Shown: positions 40,043 to 54,740, counted from the whole stretch's first letter. The stretch is DNA of 63,011 nucleotides, filler included, from Octopus bimaculoides (GCF_001194135.2; 5 parts of 4 records of this genome joined end to end with filler, not necessarily neighbours in it); one strand, 5' to 3'. Notes: generated by a model from the sequence alone, not told the origin. Numbers and translations are program-made.

Positions 40043-40378
40043 TCATCATCATTTTACGTCCGCTTTCCATGCTAGCATGGGTTGGACGATTTGATTGGGG
40101 ACTGGCAAAGCAGATGGCTACACCAGACTCCAATCTGATTTGGCAGAGTTTCTACAGCTGGATGCCCTTCCTAACGCCAACCACTCCGGGAGTGTAGTGG
40201 GTGCTTTTTACGTGCCACCGGCACGAGGGCCAGTCTGGCAGTACTGGCAACAGCTACGCTCAAATGGTGTTTTTTATGTACCACCTGCACAGGAGTCAGT
40301 TCAATGTTTTGCTCACATGCCACCGGCACAAGTGCCAGTAAAGTGAAGCTGGAAATGATCGTGCTCAAATGGTGCTGT
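40043..40378 (-). mobile_element. Family D retroposon
   Basis: Same tail and body as 13020. Confidence 0.82.
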
Positions 40379-40917
40379 GAGTGTATCTTTGTGTTTGATC
40401 CCACCACACTATTTGACAACCTGTGTTGGTTTGTTTATGTCCCCACTAATTAGTAGTTCAACAAAACATTGATAGAATAAGTACAAGACTTAAAAATTAA
40501 GTACTGGGGTTAATTCCTTCAGTTAAATCCTTCAAGACAGTAACCCAGTAATGACAGATGTAAGAAATAGACAAAAGGTGAAATGGTTTTGAATGTATAA
40601 CATCTTCCAGAAGACTATTTAAAATCATAAAGCATTAACAAAAACCAAAAAAAGAAGAAAAAAATAGAAAAAAGATATGATCTGAAAATATCCAAACAGG
40701 ATATACCAAAACCTGATGATTTTGATTGGATCTTACTTTTCAGCCATGAACAATTAAAAAGAGTAATCAGAACTTCTAACATTACTAATTACTATAAAAC
40801 ATTTCTAAAACACATCACCCTCATTACATGGTTAAGAAATTATTTGATGTGAGAAATTATTTTTCTCATGTGATAATAAAAGCATTGCCCATGACCACTG
40901 AGAAGGAAATTGAAAAC

Positions 40918-41173
40918 TGTTATGACGTGGGTGTACACGCCCGGTGTAAAATGGTATTATACATATAGATAATTGGTTGTGGTTGTCTAAAAATTACCTA
41001 TCGTAGGAAATATCTGATAAACACAGAATGCACACAGTACTACGCGAACATAGATACAACACTCAATATTCACTGTTCAACTACTGTTAACATGTACTGT
41101 TAAACCAATACACGTTGAACTAACACAGTAAACCAACATGGTTGAACTAACACCGTCAACTACCCTCTTGACA
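40918..41173. mobile_element. Possible solo LTR (256 bp)
   Basis: TGTTA...TGACA termini and an internal short duplication (GTTGAACTAACAC x2), but no matching TSD. Confidence 0.3.
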
Positions 41174-41315
41174 GTTCACTCAGTTCTTATCCATTGTAAT
41201 CAGTCATGTGGGGTGTTCAGGATTCTCCCATAACAAAAAAACATCCTAAATTTATCAAGCAGACAACAACAAAACATTATATAAAGTAAAAAAGAAAGAG
41301 GTATTTACCTCCTTC

Positions 41316-41610
41316 ATCATCATCATCGTTTAACATCCGCTTTCCATGTTAGCATGGGTTGGACGATTTGACTGAGGACTGGTGAACCAGATGGCTACAC
41401 CAGGCTCCAATCTGATTTGGCAGAGTTTCTACAGCTGGATGCCCTTCCTAATGCCAACCACTCCGAGAGTGTAGTGGGTGCTTTTACGTGCCACCGGCAC
41501 AAAGACCAGTCAGGTGATACTGGCAACGGCCATGCTCAAAATGGTGTATTTTACGTGTCACCTGCACAGGAGCCAGTCCAGCGGCACTGGCAACGACCTC
41601 GCTCGAATAT
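41316..41610 (-). mobile_element. Family D retroposon
   Basis: Same tail and body as 13020. Confidence 0.82.
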
Positions 41611-41764
41611 CTGTAGTTCTCTTTATTGACCGTATCTATAGGTGAGACAATCTTTATGGCACAANNNNNNNNNNNNNNNNNNNNNNNNNNNNNNNNNNNN
41701 NNNNNNNNTTAATTAATTAANNNNNNNNNNNNNNNNNNNNNNNNNNNNNNNNNNNNNNNNNNNN

Positions 41765-41818
<54 letters not shown>

Positions 41819-43299
41819 AACATGAATACATATATGTATGTATAATTATATGTAAATATACATATATAGATGTACAGTTTCGGCTTCGTGGATTTATAGA
41901 TAATCCTTTTTTAATCCATTTTATCAAGTTTTCTAATCTTGTCAATCGTCTTCTGATGCTCCATGTGAAAATATTACAAGAGTATTATGGTATACCGAAT
42001 AACTTATTACATTTGTAGTTACTGATTCGTATCTGGCTCCAAATGGATATCGTAATACTGCAAAGAAATTGTGAGACGACTACTTTATCGACTGAGAAAG
42101 TACATTAAAAAAATCGAAATTAAATTTATAAATATGTAAATATATAAAAAAAATCTAGTAACCATCAGCACTAGAGTATTTTGGATTTGTTGCTGTTGTT
42201 GTTGTTTTAAACATTATCATAATGTTTTCATCTATCGCTTATATCTTACGTGAAAGCTTTCAAGTTCCCATAAATAAGAAATGGCCTCGATTTCACGTTT
42301 GTTGTCTTTATATGACACGCCAGTTTAACGAGGTGGAAATAAATCATGTATCAAGCACAGACAAGGGATCAAATTGTTCTATGGATCAAGACATTAATTA
42401 CAGAACGGTTTATATAGTTTCATGGTTCATTTATGCATCATTGTATTATACTTAGCAATTGTCCATGCAGACATATGTGAGTGCGTGTGTGTGTCTGTGT
42501 GTGTGTGTGTGTGTCTGTGTGTGTGTGTGCATGTATATATANNNNNNNNNNNNNNNNNNNNNNNNNNNNNNNNNNNNNNNNNNNNNNNNNNNNNNNNNNN
42601 NNNNNNNNNNNNNNNNNNNNNNNNNNNNNNNNNNNNNNNNNNNNNNNNNNNNNNNNNNNNNNNNNNNNNNNNNNNNNNNNNNNNNNNNNNNNNNNNNNNN
42701 NNNNNNNNNNNNNNNNTATATATATATATATATATATTATTCAAAAGAATTCCAACCCTGTTTTTTATGTGTTATTTATGTTCTTATAATATTAATGTAG
42801 GATATAGAATATATAGTATATATAGTAGGTATAGTAAAATTAAATGAAGTATTGATTGTCTTATTGAATAAATGAAATATTGAATATCAAATATTAAAGG
42901 ACTAGTATACTTTCTTGCATTTTAGCAGTCTTCAAGGTCCCATGTTGTGACACATATATATATATATATATGCATACATACATATATAAATATATGAATA
43001 TATATATGCGCGTCTGTGTATGTGTGCGTGTATAGATAGATAGATATGCAACTACATACACAAATGTACACACGTGCATTCATGCATCCATACATACAAA
43101 CAAACAAAAATACCCTCCTATTGATGTTGAAATTCCAATGATCTAGGTTAGAAACCGGTTCTTTCTCTATTGGCAAAAAATCTTGAAATAAACTGTATAA
43201 TGACATATATATATATGCATGCGTGCATAACAACGTTACAAATGATCACAAAATCTGAGACGACAAAACACTACAAAACTTTTTGAAGATTTAAAGCAA

Positions 43300-43432
43300 T
43301 CACGTGCAAATTGCGGCCCGCGAAATTTTCTGAATAAGCAAAAATTACCTTGAATGTTTTTAAAGTGCGGCTCACCTGATTATGAGCCACGTTTCATGCG
43401 GTCTGCTTCTTGATAAAGTTTGCCCATGATTG
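43300..43432. mobile_element. hAT/Charlie-type MITE end fragment
   Basis: TGCGGCCCGC motifs and AAGTTTGCCCATG terminus. Confidence 0.5.
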
Positions 43433-43732
43433 TTTTGTAGAATGATGAAAGAACGAGACGTTTTCTTCCAAAATTTTCCGGGCAAACAGGTGGCCAGTCA
43501 AAATAAACTCCAAACTAAAAAGAAAAAGAGAAAAGGCTCACGCACGCGAATATTATATATATATATGTCTGTGTATCTATGTATATGTATGTATGAATGT
43601 ATGTATCTGTTTTTCTGTCTGCCTATCAAGTCAATGAGTGATCAAATGTTAGTTTAAGCGTGATAAAGTCATGAAGTAGTGCTCAGAGAAACCAGAGAAT
43701 CATACATACATGCATACATACATATATACATG

Positions 43733-43885
43733 GGAAAGCTGATTCGAAGACTACAGATCGGAACTGTAAAAATCTGTAAAACTTTCCAGAAGTTTAACAT
43801 TTAAGTATGTAAGAGCATGTCTAGATATGCAAGTATATGCATGAGAGGACATACATAAAACAAAGCATACAAATCCGCATGTGTA
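43733..43885 (+). mobile_element. RLE-type 3' fragment, (CATA)n lineage
   Basis: LIRRLQIGTVKICKTFQKFNI* plus the first part of the UTR; CATA tracts flank it. Confidence 0.7.
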
Positions 43886-43998
43886 CATACATATATGCAT
43901 ACATGCACACATATATACATGCATACATGCATGCATACATACATACATACATGCATGCATGCATACATACATACATACATACATACATACATACATAC

Positions 43999-44335
43999 CT
44001 CAACAAAAACCTGGAAAAATTAGGGTTCTCAAAACCTGAAAGAAAAAGGTTGATTAGAAGACTACAGATTCAAGCCATCAATGGAACTGTAAAGATATGT
44101 AAAACTTACCAAAAATTTAGCACATAAGTACATATGCATGCATCTAAAACGCATCCATAAAACAAACATACAAATCTGCGCATACACTAACACCAAATAC
44201 TGCACACACACACACATATGCACAAATACCTAGATGATGTTGATAAAAGTTCCAATGAAGGAGCCTTGAATCTATGTTATAGTCCGGCTCTTTCTCTATG
44301 AACAAGAAATACAGAAATGAAACTGATTGATAACA
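43999..44335 (+). mobile_element. RLE-type 3' end, (CATA)n lineage
   Basis: LNKNLEKLGFSKPERKRLIRRLQIQAINGTVKICKTYQKFST* is homologous to the 56.8-57.2 kb peptide; (CATA)n on both sides. Confidence 0.78.
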
Positions 44336-44371
44336 TACATACATACATACATACATACATACATACATACA

Positions 44372-44487
44372 TAGAAAATTACCCTGTTGTTGATGGTGAA
44401 ATTTCAATGAAGGAGCCTTGGATCTAGGTTAGAAACCGGATACTCTTTGGAGAAGATCTTCAAATAAAACTAAATAATGACACACAT
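44372..44487 (+). mobile_element. 3'UTR-only fragment of the (CATA)n RLE lineage
   Basis: Contains AATGAAGGAGCCTTGGATCTAGGTTAGAAACCGG. Another UTR-only copy lies at about 43110-43205. Confidence 0.65.
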
Positions 44488-44496
44488 ACATACATA

Positions 44497-44704
44497 TGAG
44501 GGTGTGCTGACAAGTTCCTGGTTTTAAGGGTATTGCGAAAGGCCCAACATTCCTAATTCTTTTACAGGATTTAGAAAAACTGAATGACCACTGCGACAAG
44601 TGTCTGAATCTGTGAGGGGAATATGCTGAATAAAGCCATAATCAACTGATCCTTCTGTATTTTTTTTTTTTGCCCAAAGCCAGGAATTTTTCAGCACCCT
44701 CTTG
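44497..44704. mobile_element. mariner-type MITE, same family, opposite orientation
   Basis: TIRs TGAGGGTGTGCTGACAAGTTCCTGG / CCAGGAATTTTTCAGCACCCTCTTG; interior is the reverse complement of 8320-8540. Confidence 0.85.
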
Positions 44705-44710
44705 CACATA

Positions 44711-46586
<1,876 letters not shown>

Positions 46587-47112
46587 TACATACATACAAA
46601 CATACATACATACATACATACATACATGCACACATAATACATACATACATACATACATACATGCATACATACATACATATGATGCTTTCTTTTTCGTCGA
46701 CCAAATTTTATTCTGGTCTTATTGTTAGTCAACCCTCAATAACAGAAGAAAGCACTTCCCCAAAGTTTCTCAATTCTGCAGTCAGGGAATGAAACCTGGA
46801 ACCAAGTGCTTGTAAAGTAATCCTTGTCTCCCCCACTTAGCCATAACTGCACCTGTTGTTTACTTCAGAAAGTTAGCAATAACCTTCTCTCCCCACCATT
46901 GAACTCAACCAGCCATTTCCAGTGCGTGTATATATATTTTGATAGCTCGAAATCAACAACGACAATCTTTAGTGTCCACCCACTACCCGGAAACTCACCC
47001 GAAACTGAACCGGGGAAAGAAATGGTTCTTTAGGGATTTTTTCAAATATGTGTATCACGTGATATAATCTTATTTACATACGTGCATTTACATAATCATA
47101 CACACACACACA

Positions 47113-47175
<63 letters not shown>

Positions 47176-48857
47176 TCGCTCATACAGAAACATATATACA
47201 TACACACACACACATGTATATACGCAAAAACAACTACATTAAAATACAATTATGAATGCACACACGCACATTTTGTAAGTTTATATATATGTCTATGTGT
47301 TTATGTGTGTGTCTACACTCCTATATGTTTATACACAAATATACAGAGACCCTGATAATGCATATATGTTTGTGTGCCTGCGTGTATATATATATATATA
47401 TATACATGTATATACACATATATATATATAGGTACATTCAGACACGTTTATACATGCATACATATATTCATACACTCACAAACACACAAAACCACACGCG
47501 CACAAACACACACACACATACACACACCAAACTTTATGTCAAATTCAATTTTAGACTCCATTCCGTACGCATCAACTAATACACTGCACGCATCTCATGA
47601 GATATTCCACTATACACTGTCACTATACATTACATATTACATACTACATTATATACACCACACACTACATATATATATATTATATTACATTACATATATA
47701 TCACATGTTATATACGTTATATATAATTTTATTTTTTAAGAGACTCCTACAATTTTTGCCTCCGTTCTCTTTCCGCTTATACCTGCCTTGTTTCCGTTGT
47801 CGTATACATATATCGCCACTATGGATATAGCCTCGCGACCTTATATATCCCATGATCCAACACACTTCTCTCCCAACGCTTTCTGTCTCTCCCTCTCCCC
47901 CTCTCATGTTCTCTCGCTCTTTCTTTCTCTCTCTCTTTCCCTCGCTTTTGTTGTAACTGTACATGCATACACTCACAAACGCTAACATGCATCCGCCAAT
48001 ACATACATACATATTATATATATATATATNNNNNNNNNNNNNNNNNNNNNNNNNNNNNNNNNNNNNNNNNNNNNNNNNNNNNNNNNNNNNNNNNNNNNNN
48101 NNNNNNNNNNNNNNNNNNNNNNNNNNNNNNNNNNNNNNNNNNNNNNNNNNNNNNNNNNNNNNNNNNNNNNNNNNNNNNNNNNNNNNNNNNNNNNNNNNNN
48201 NNNNNNNNNNNNNNNNNNNNNNNNNNNNNNNNNNNNNNNNNNNNNNNNNNNNNNNNNNNNNNNNNNNNNNNNNNNNNNNNNNNNNNNNNNNNNNNNNNNN
48301 NNNNNNNNNNNNNNNNNNNNNNNNNNNNNNNNNNNNNNNNNNNNNNNNNNNNNNNNNNNNNNNNNNNNNNNNNNNNNNNNNNNNNNNNNNNNNNNNNNNN
48401 NNNNNNNNNNNNNNNNNNNNNNNNNNNNNNNNNNNNNNNNNNNNNNNNNNNNNNNNNNNNNNNNNNNNNNNNNNNNNNNNNNNNNNNNNNNNNNNNNNNN
48501 NNNNNNNNNNNNNNNNNNNNNNNNNNNNNNNNNNNNNNNNNNNNNNNNNNNNNNNNNNNNNNNNNNNNNNNNNNNNNNNNNNNNNNNNNNNNNNNNNNNN
48601 NNNNNNNNNNNNNNNNNNNNNNNNNNNNNNNNNNNNNNNNNNNNNNNNNNNNNNNNNNNNNNNNNNNNNNNNNNNNNNNNNNNNNNNNNNNNNNNNNNNN
48701 NNNNNNNNNNNNNNNNNNNNNNNNNNNNNNNNNNNNNNNNNNNNNNNNNNNNNNNNNNNNNNNNNNNNNNNNNNNNNNNNNNNNNNNNNNNNNNNNNNNN
48801 NNNNNNNNNNNNNNNNNNNNNNNNNNNNNNNNNNNNNNNNNNNNNACGATACAAAAG

Positions 48858-48889
<32 letters not shown>

Positions 48890-49043
48890 TCCTCCCTTAC
48901 TTTTGTTGCTAAAAATCTTTCAATATTTTTCTGAGAGTGTATCATGTTATCAGTATCAACATCATCATTATTATTATTATTACTAACAGTCGTATCTTTG
49001 TTTTAATTTTTCTTGCTGTTGTTGCTGTTGGTGTTGTTATATT

Positions 49044-49101
<58 letters not shown>

Positions 49102-49759
49102 GTTCCCTTTCTGTATTTCTTGTAAATTTTAGGAAACTTTTCGCTTCACTGAATTCCAGTTGATTTTGTTTAACGAGAAAACTTTTGTGAATCTATTACT
49201 ACGAAGTAGTTTTCTATTTTATCTTGTATTTTAATATGTTATTTTGCGTTTTTCTTTTACCTAAGTTTCTGAGGTCTTTTTTTTTTTAAAGATTTTTTCA
49301 TTCCTTTCATTATTTTTTGTTTGTTTGTTTTGTATGTCCCTTTTGGTGAAATACTCAGGTATTTACAAAAAAATAGAAAAATATCCATAGATGCGTGTGT
49401 ATATCTGTAGGTATGTGTGTATGTATATATATTTGTGCTTAGCTATCTATCTGTCTGTCTATTTACCATCTATCAATTTATCTGATAGTCTGTCTGTCAC
49501 TCTATCTCTGTTTGTATATATATACATATGCGTATGTGTATGTGTTTGCTTCTATGTATGTTTGCGTGTTCACACTTACATGTATACACACACAAACACA
49601 CACGATGTTTACGTATAAATATCTAGTTATTTACAATAATGCACGTTCCAATAAGTCAAGCGTTTGTGCTTATCTTTCGTTCTCCCTCTCTCTTTCTTTC
49701 TCTCTCACTTTCTCTCCTTCTTTCTCTCTATGTATGCATATACATACTTATATATATCT

Positions 49760-49915
<156 letters not shown>

Positions 49916-50187
49916 ATATATATATACATATATATATATGTATATATGTATATATGAATATTTGTATTATGTATATATATATTGAAAAGTGCCAACGCAC
50001 GAAACTCTCGGCCCTTGAGCCACTTTGCTAAATATTAATAGAAATATACATATGCTCATATTTTTCCTGTTTGCAGCACTATACACACACATGTATATGT
50101 ATATATATGCACGCATATATACATATATACAATTGCAGTAATATATAAGCTCTTATGTGAGTTATTAATCCTTAAAAAGGGACATTG

Positions 50188-50236
<49 letters not shown>

Positions 50237-51303
50237 ATATGTGTTTGTGTTTGTATATGTGTCTTCGTATCTGTATATATCGGTATATATAGTGTCTTAG
50301 CGTACATGAATATGTTTTAATACGCTTATGATTGTATATTTGTTGTTTCTGTATGCGTAAATAAGCTTGTGTGTATGTATGTGTTTTTGTGCGTCTACCA
50401 ATTGATATATATGTTTGTGTGCGTCTGTAGAAATGTGTATATATTTATGTCCAAATGCGTATGCTTATATGAATGTTTCGGTATGCCTATACAAGCCAGT
50501 GTACGCATGTTTGTGTGTACGTGGTATTATTTTGCGTTTCTGTGTACCTTCAATGTGTGTGTGTGTATGTGTGTGTGTGTGTGTGTGTGTGTTTGTGTGT
50601 GTCTGTGTGAGTGAGTGTGTGTGTGAGTGGGTGTTGTATATATGTGTGTGAGTGTATTTGCGGCCACTTCTATTTGAGTGTGAATGCATATATCACACTT
50701 CCAGTAGGTGTGTGTGTGCGTTTCAATTAACACGTTTTCATGTTTAACCCAAGGTCAAGCTTCCTTAAATAGTCCTATGAAGAAAATTATGTGAGACATG
50801 ATCATCCTGTCAACATGTCATTTTTTGCCAGCCGTCCGTGTAATGTGTCCTCTCTTTCTTAAGACGTATGTGTATCGCTTGAAAGGAATTTGACTTCTCT
50901 TTCTAGTATGCCACGCGGCCACAAAGAGCCTCTCTCTTCTGATATATATATATGGTTGTTCATGTTTGTGTGTGCGTGTGTATTTGTGTGTGTGTGTGTG
51001 TGTGTGTGTGTTTACTTGCGTGTGTGTGTATGTGTATGCGTGTGTGTGTCCGCGAGTGTGTGTTAGTCTATATGTGTTTTTATGTATATAACATTTCCAT
51101 TGTATAAGTAGTGAGATTTTGTGGCTTAGTGGTTAGGGTGTTGCATTCTCGATCGCAAGATCGTGGTGGGTTCAACTCCCCGACCAGGTAGTACCTTGTG
51201 TTCTTGGAAAAACAGTTCATTTTCACATTGCTGCAGTCCGCTCAGATCTAAACGAGTAAACCTACGACGGACTGGCGTCCAGTTAAAAGGATAATAATAA
51301 TAA

Positions 51304-51472
51304 TATAACATACAGAAAATTGCACTACTGGGCACTGCACACATCCTACGCAAAGCACTTTCAATGCAGTAACCATAAGAGCACCACAGCAAACCACAGC
51401 ACATACCCAAGGTACACAGAGCTGCGCCCGGTAGTGAAGTGAAAGCATGCTATAAAAATAAAACTACTGAAC
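51304..51472 (+). mobile_element. R4/Dong-like 3' end, near-identical to 60647-60816
   Basis: YNIQKIALLGTAHILRKALSMQ* plus the same UTR; (TAA)n on both sides. Confidence 0.8.
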
Positions 51473-51519
<47 letters not shown>

Positions 51520-51771
51520 CAACAACAACAACAACAGCAGCACAACAACAACAACAACAACAACTCAACTAACACTACGGAGTTCCTGAAGTAGATCCAA
51601 TGGAAATATACTCCGACTGCAGATGTCGGAGTATATTAGTTCAAAATATTAGATACAATATATATATTTATATATATCTATATATATATAAATATTTTTC
51701 TATATAAATTTTTTTCAGAATGAGATAAAAATCCAAGGCTGTGAAGATTTTAGAACATTTATAAATAGAAG

Positions 51772-51820
51772 GTCTTACAGCTGTTTCCGGATAATTTTTT
51801 TATATCCCTTCTTTCGAGAC
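51772..51820 (-). ncRNA. Inactivated Penelope-type hammerhead relic
   Basis: GUCU-CGAAAGA-AG-GGAUA..UAUCC-G-GAAA-CAGCUG-UA-AGAC. All three stems present, but CUGANGA is mutated to CGAAAGA. Confidence 0.45.
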
Positions 51821-52176
51821 GATGTGAGAAAATGGTTAAGTAATAGTTAATTTAGATAATATATGAAATAGAGAGTGAAGTGGAGGAATGAAAATAGACG
51901 TGGGATATGCAGGGATATTGTATCTTCAGTTTCATTATTTAGGCAGAATGGTATACATATAAGATTCCAATACCTTGTGAGTAAAATCCAATAGTATTTA
52001 AAATTGGTCATTCCAAGTATAGAGTTTTTACACAGTGCCATTGAATCGAGGATTTATTTAAAGTGAAACCCTCGATTCAATATATATATATATATANNNN
52101 NNNNNNNNNNNNNNNNNNNNNNNNNNNNNNNNNNNNNNNNNNNNATATATATACATGCGTGTGTGTTTGTATCTGA

Positions 52177-52422
52177 AGGCGCGTAGCTTAGTGGTTAGGG
52201 CATTCAGCTCATGAACGTAAGGTCATGAGTGCAATTCCCAGCAACGCATTGTTTCCTTGAGCAAAACACTTTTCACGTTGCTCCAGTCCACTCAGCTGAC
52301 AAAAATGAGTAGTATCTGTACATCAGAAAGCCAGGCTTGTCACACTCTGTGTCACGGTGAATCTCCCTGAGAACTACGTTAAGGGTACACGTGTCTGTGG
52401 AATGCTCAGCCACTTGCACGTC
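52177..52422 (+). mobile_element. SINE family C-related copy, 3'-truncated
   Basis: tRNA-like head, CCTTGAGCAAAACACTT segment and family C body. Related heads at about 380, 51115, 55870 and 58665. Confidence 0.75.
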
Positions 52423-53250
52423 TAGAAGACTGTGTCTATTCTGAATAAAAGACAACAGTGAGTTGACAGCTCATTGCTAGGTATGGTCATAAATATTATA
52501 TGTATATCTTTTTTACCAGGCAGGAAATAAAACATTAGGATAGGAGTAGTCAGTTGAATATAAGTATCTGTGTATAAAAAGAAGCAGGGTGGGGGTAGAC
52601 TTTAAATCATGATGTTAATTACCAATAAAACGGGTAAGACACTAAGAAACCTAACATTTTAGTACAGAGGAGATTTTATTTAGGCGCACTATGGGGGAAT
52701 ATTTATAAACAATATTGTTATGTTGTATAAAAATAAAGCTTAACAATTCCAAAAAGGATATCATAACCAAAATAGGGAAAAGGTGTGTACATATCAATTA
52801 TAAACATTAAAAAGGAAGATAAATAGAATCAGTGTTTTATCTATGCATGTACTTAATTAATTAACCATTAGGTGTTTTCAATAAAGACTGCTCAAGGCAT
52901 TTACATATGGAATAACTGGCAAGATATACATGCTATCTATTAATTTTAATCCATAAATCAGTAAAAGTGTAGAAATGCATACAGATACACGCACGTTTGT
53001 ATACGACGAGCTTCTTTCAGCTTCCGCCTACTGAATCCACCCGCAAGGCTTTGGTCGCGCAGCGGGACTGAATCCAAGCACAAGTGGTTGGGAAGTAAGA
53101 TTCATAACCATACACCCATGCCTGACCGGTTTCACTCGGCACCTGTCTGTGACCAGTGTCATTAATCGTAACCACTAACATTGAACATTGATAACATAAA
53201 TCCTATAATTGACATTTATAGGTAAATTCATATGTGTGTGTGTGTGTGTG

Positions 53251-53507
53251 TGTTGAAGGAAAAAATATGATAAACACAAGATGACATTCAGTATATAAAC
53301 CTTGTATAAAAAGATTTTGTTGACAAACATTTGATTCCTATAAATATGAAGCAAAAATGGGCTCCCCTGGTGAACACTTGTAGTTCAGCAACCAATTGCA
53401 CTATGGACACCCACTGCAGGGAATGCAAATAAGCACGATGGTGAAAGGTACGTAGGGGAAAATGTTATGAATATCATCTTGTGTTTATCATACTTTTTCC
53501 ATCAACA
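53251..53507. mobile_element. Foldback MITE-like element with about 40-bp TIRs
   Basis: TGTTGAAGGAAAAAATATGATAAACACAAGATGACATTCA (53251-53290) is the near-perfect reverse complement of 53468-53507. Confidence 0.7.
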
Positions 53508-53893
53508 CACACGCATATATAAATTTACATATATATGCACATATATACGTGTGTATATATATGTGTGTATATGAATATATGAATAAGTACATACATATAT
53601 GGTGATACATACATACATACAGACAGACATACATACATACTTATGTATGGATGGATGTAAGTTAGCATATGAAAAATTATGTTTTTATCCAAAGGGATAA
53701 ATATGCCTTATATTTTGATATATACGCTTTGATATAGTTCATTCCGTCTACAATTCGTTTTATGTATCAATGTATAAATGGATCTACGTAGGATACGTGT
53801 ATGTATGTATGTATGTTTATGTATATATGTATATATATATATATGTGTATGTCTATAAAAGAGGTAGATAAATAAACACATATACATATATCT

Positions 53894-53924
<31 letters not shown>

Positions 53925-54209
53925 NNNNNNNNNNNNNNNNNNNNNNNNNNNNNNNNNNNNNNNNNNNNNNNNNNNNNNNNNNNNNNNNNNNNNNNNNNNN
54001 NNNNNNNNNNNNNNNATGTATATATATACATACATACACACATACATGTATTATGTACATAAGTGCACACACACATTCGTGCACACATTCACATATACAT
54101 CCATATACATATATATACGTATGTATGAAAAGATAATTACGCTCTTGACTCATTTATTCTTCCCTTATGAGGCGGCTAAATCCAGATAATAATAATAGTA
54201 GTAGTAGTA

Positions 54210-54280
<71 letters not shown>

Positions 54281-54685
54281 GAAACCACACCTTGGCTTCT
54301 TATTCTTCATAAAATAGTGATGTTGCTGTTGTCATCGTCGTCATCGTAGCTGTGGTCGCCATCGTCTTTCATGTTGTTGTGCTTGTTGTTGTTAACCAAT
54401 CCCAGAATGTTGGTTACGTTTCTGTTTGGCTTGTTGACCTTTCTATAAATCAGGAAAAAAATTTTCTTATTCGTCTTCCTGTCCATAAATATCGATTTCT
54501 TTGTATTTCTTTGACACAATAATAAAATATTGAACTGATCAGTTGATATACGTCATCATTCATTTTTCATTATCGGTTCTTGTTTTTAAAGACACCAGTG
54601 AATGACGAAAACTAGGCCATGTGATGTTAAGCAATACACATACGGTAATATATTCATACACACACACACACGCACAAATACAACC

Positions 54686-54740
<55 letters not shown>

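Noticed and set aside
52040-52081. 12-bp hairpin ATTGAATCGAGG/CCTCGATTCAAT
   Set aside because: No Helitron CTRR terminus, and it abuts a gap; cannot be assigned.
52853-52864. TTAATTAATTAA outside a gap
   Set aside because: Not flanked by N; a natural AT-rich occurrence rather than a linker.
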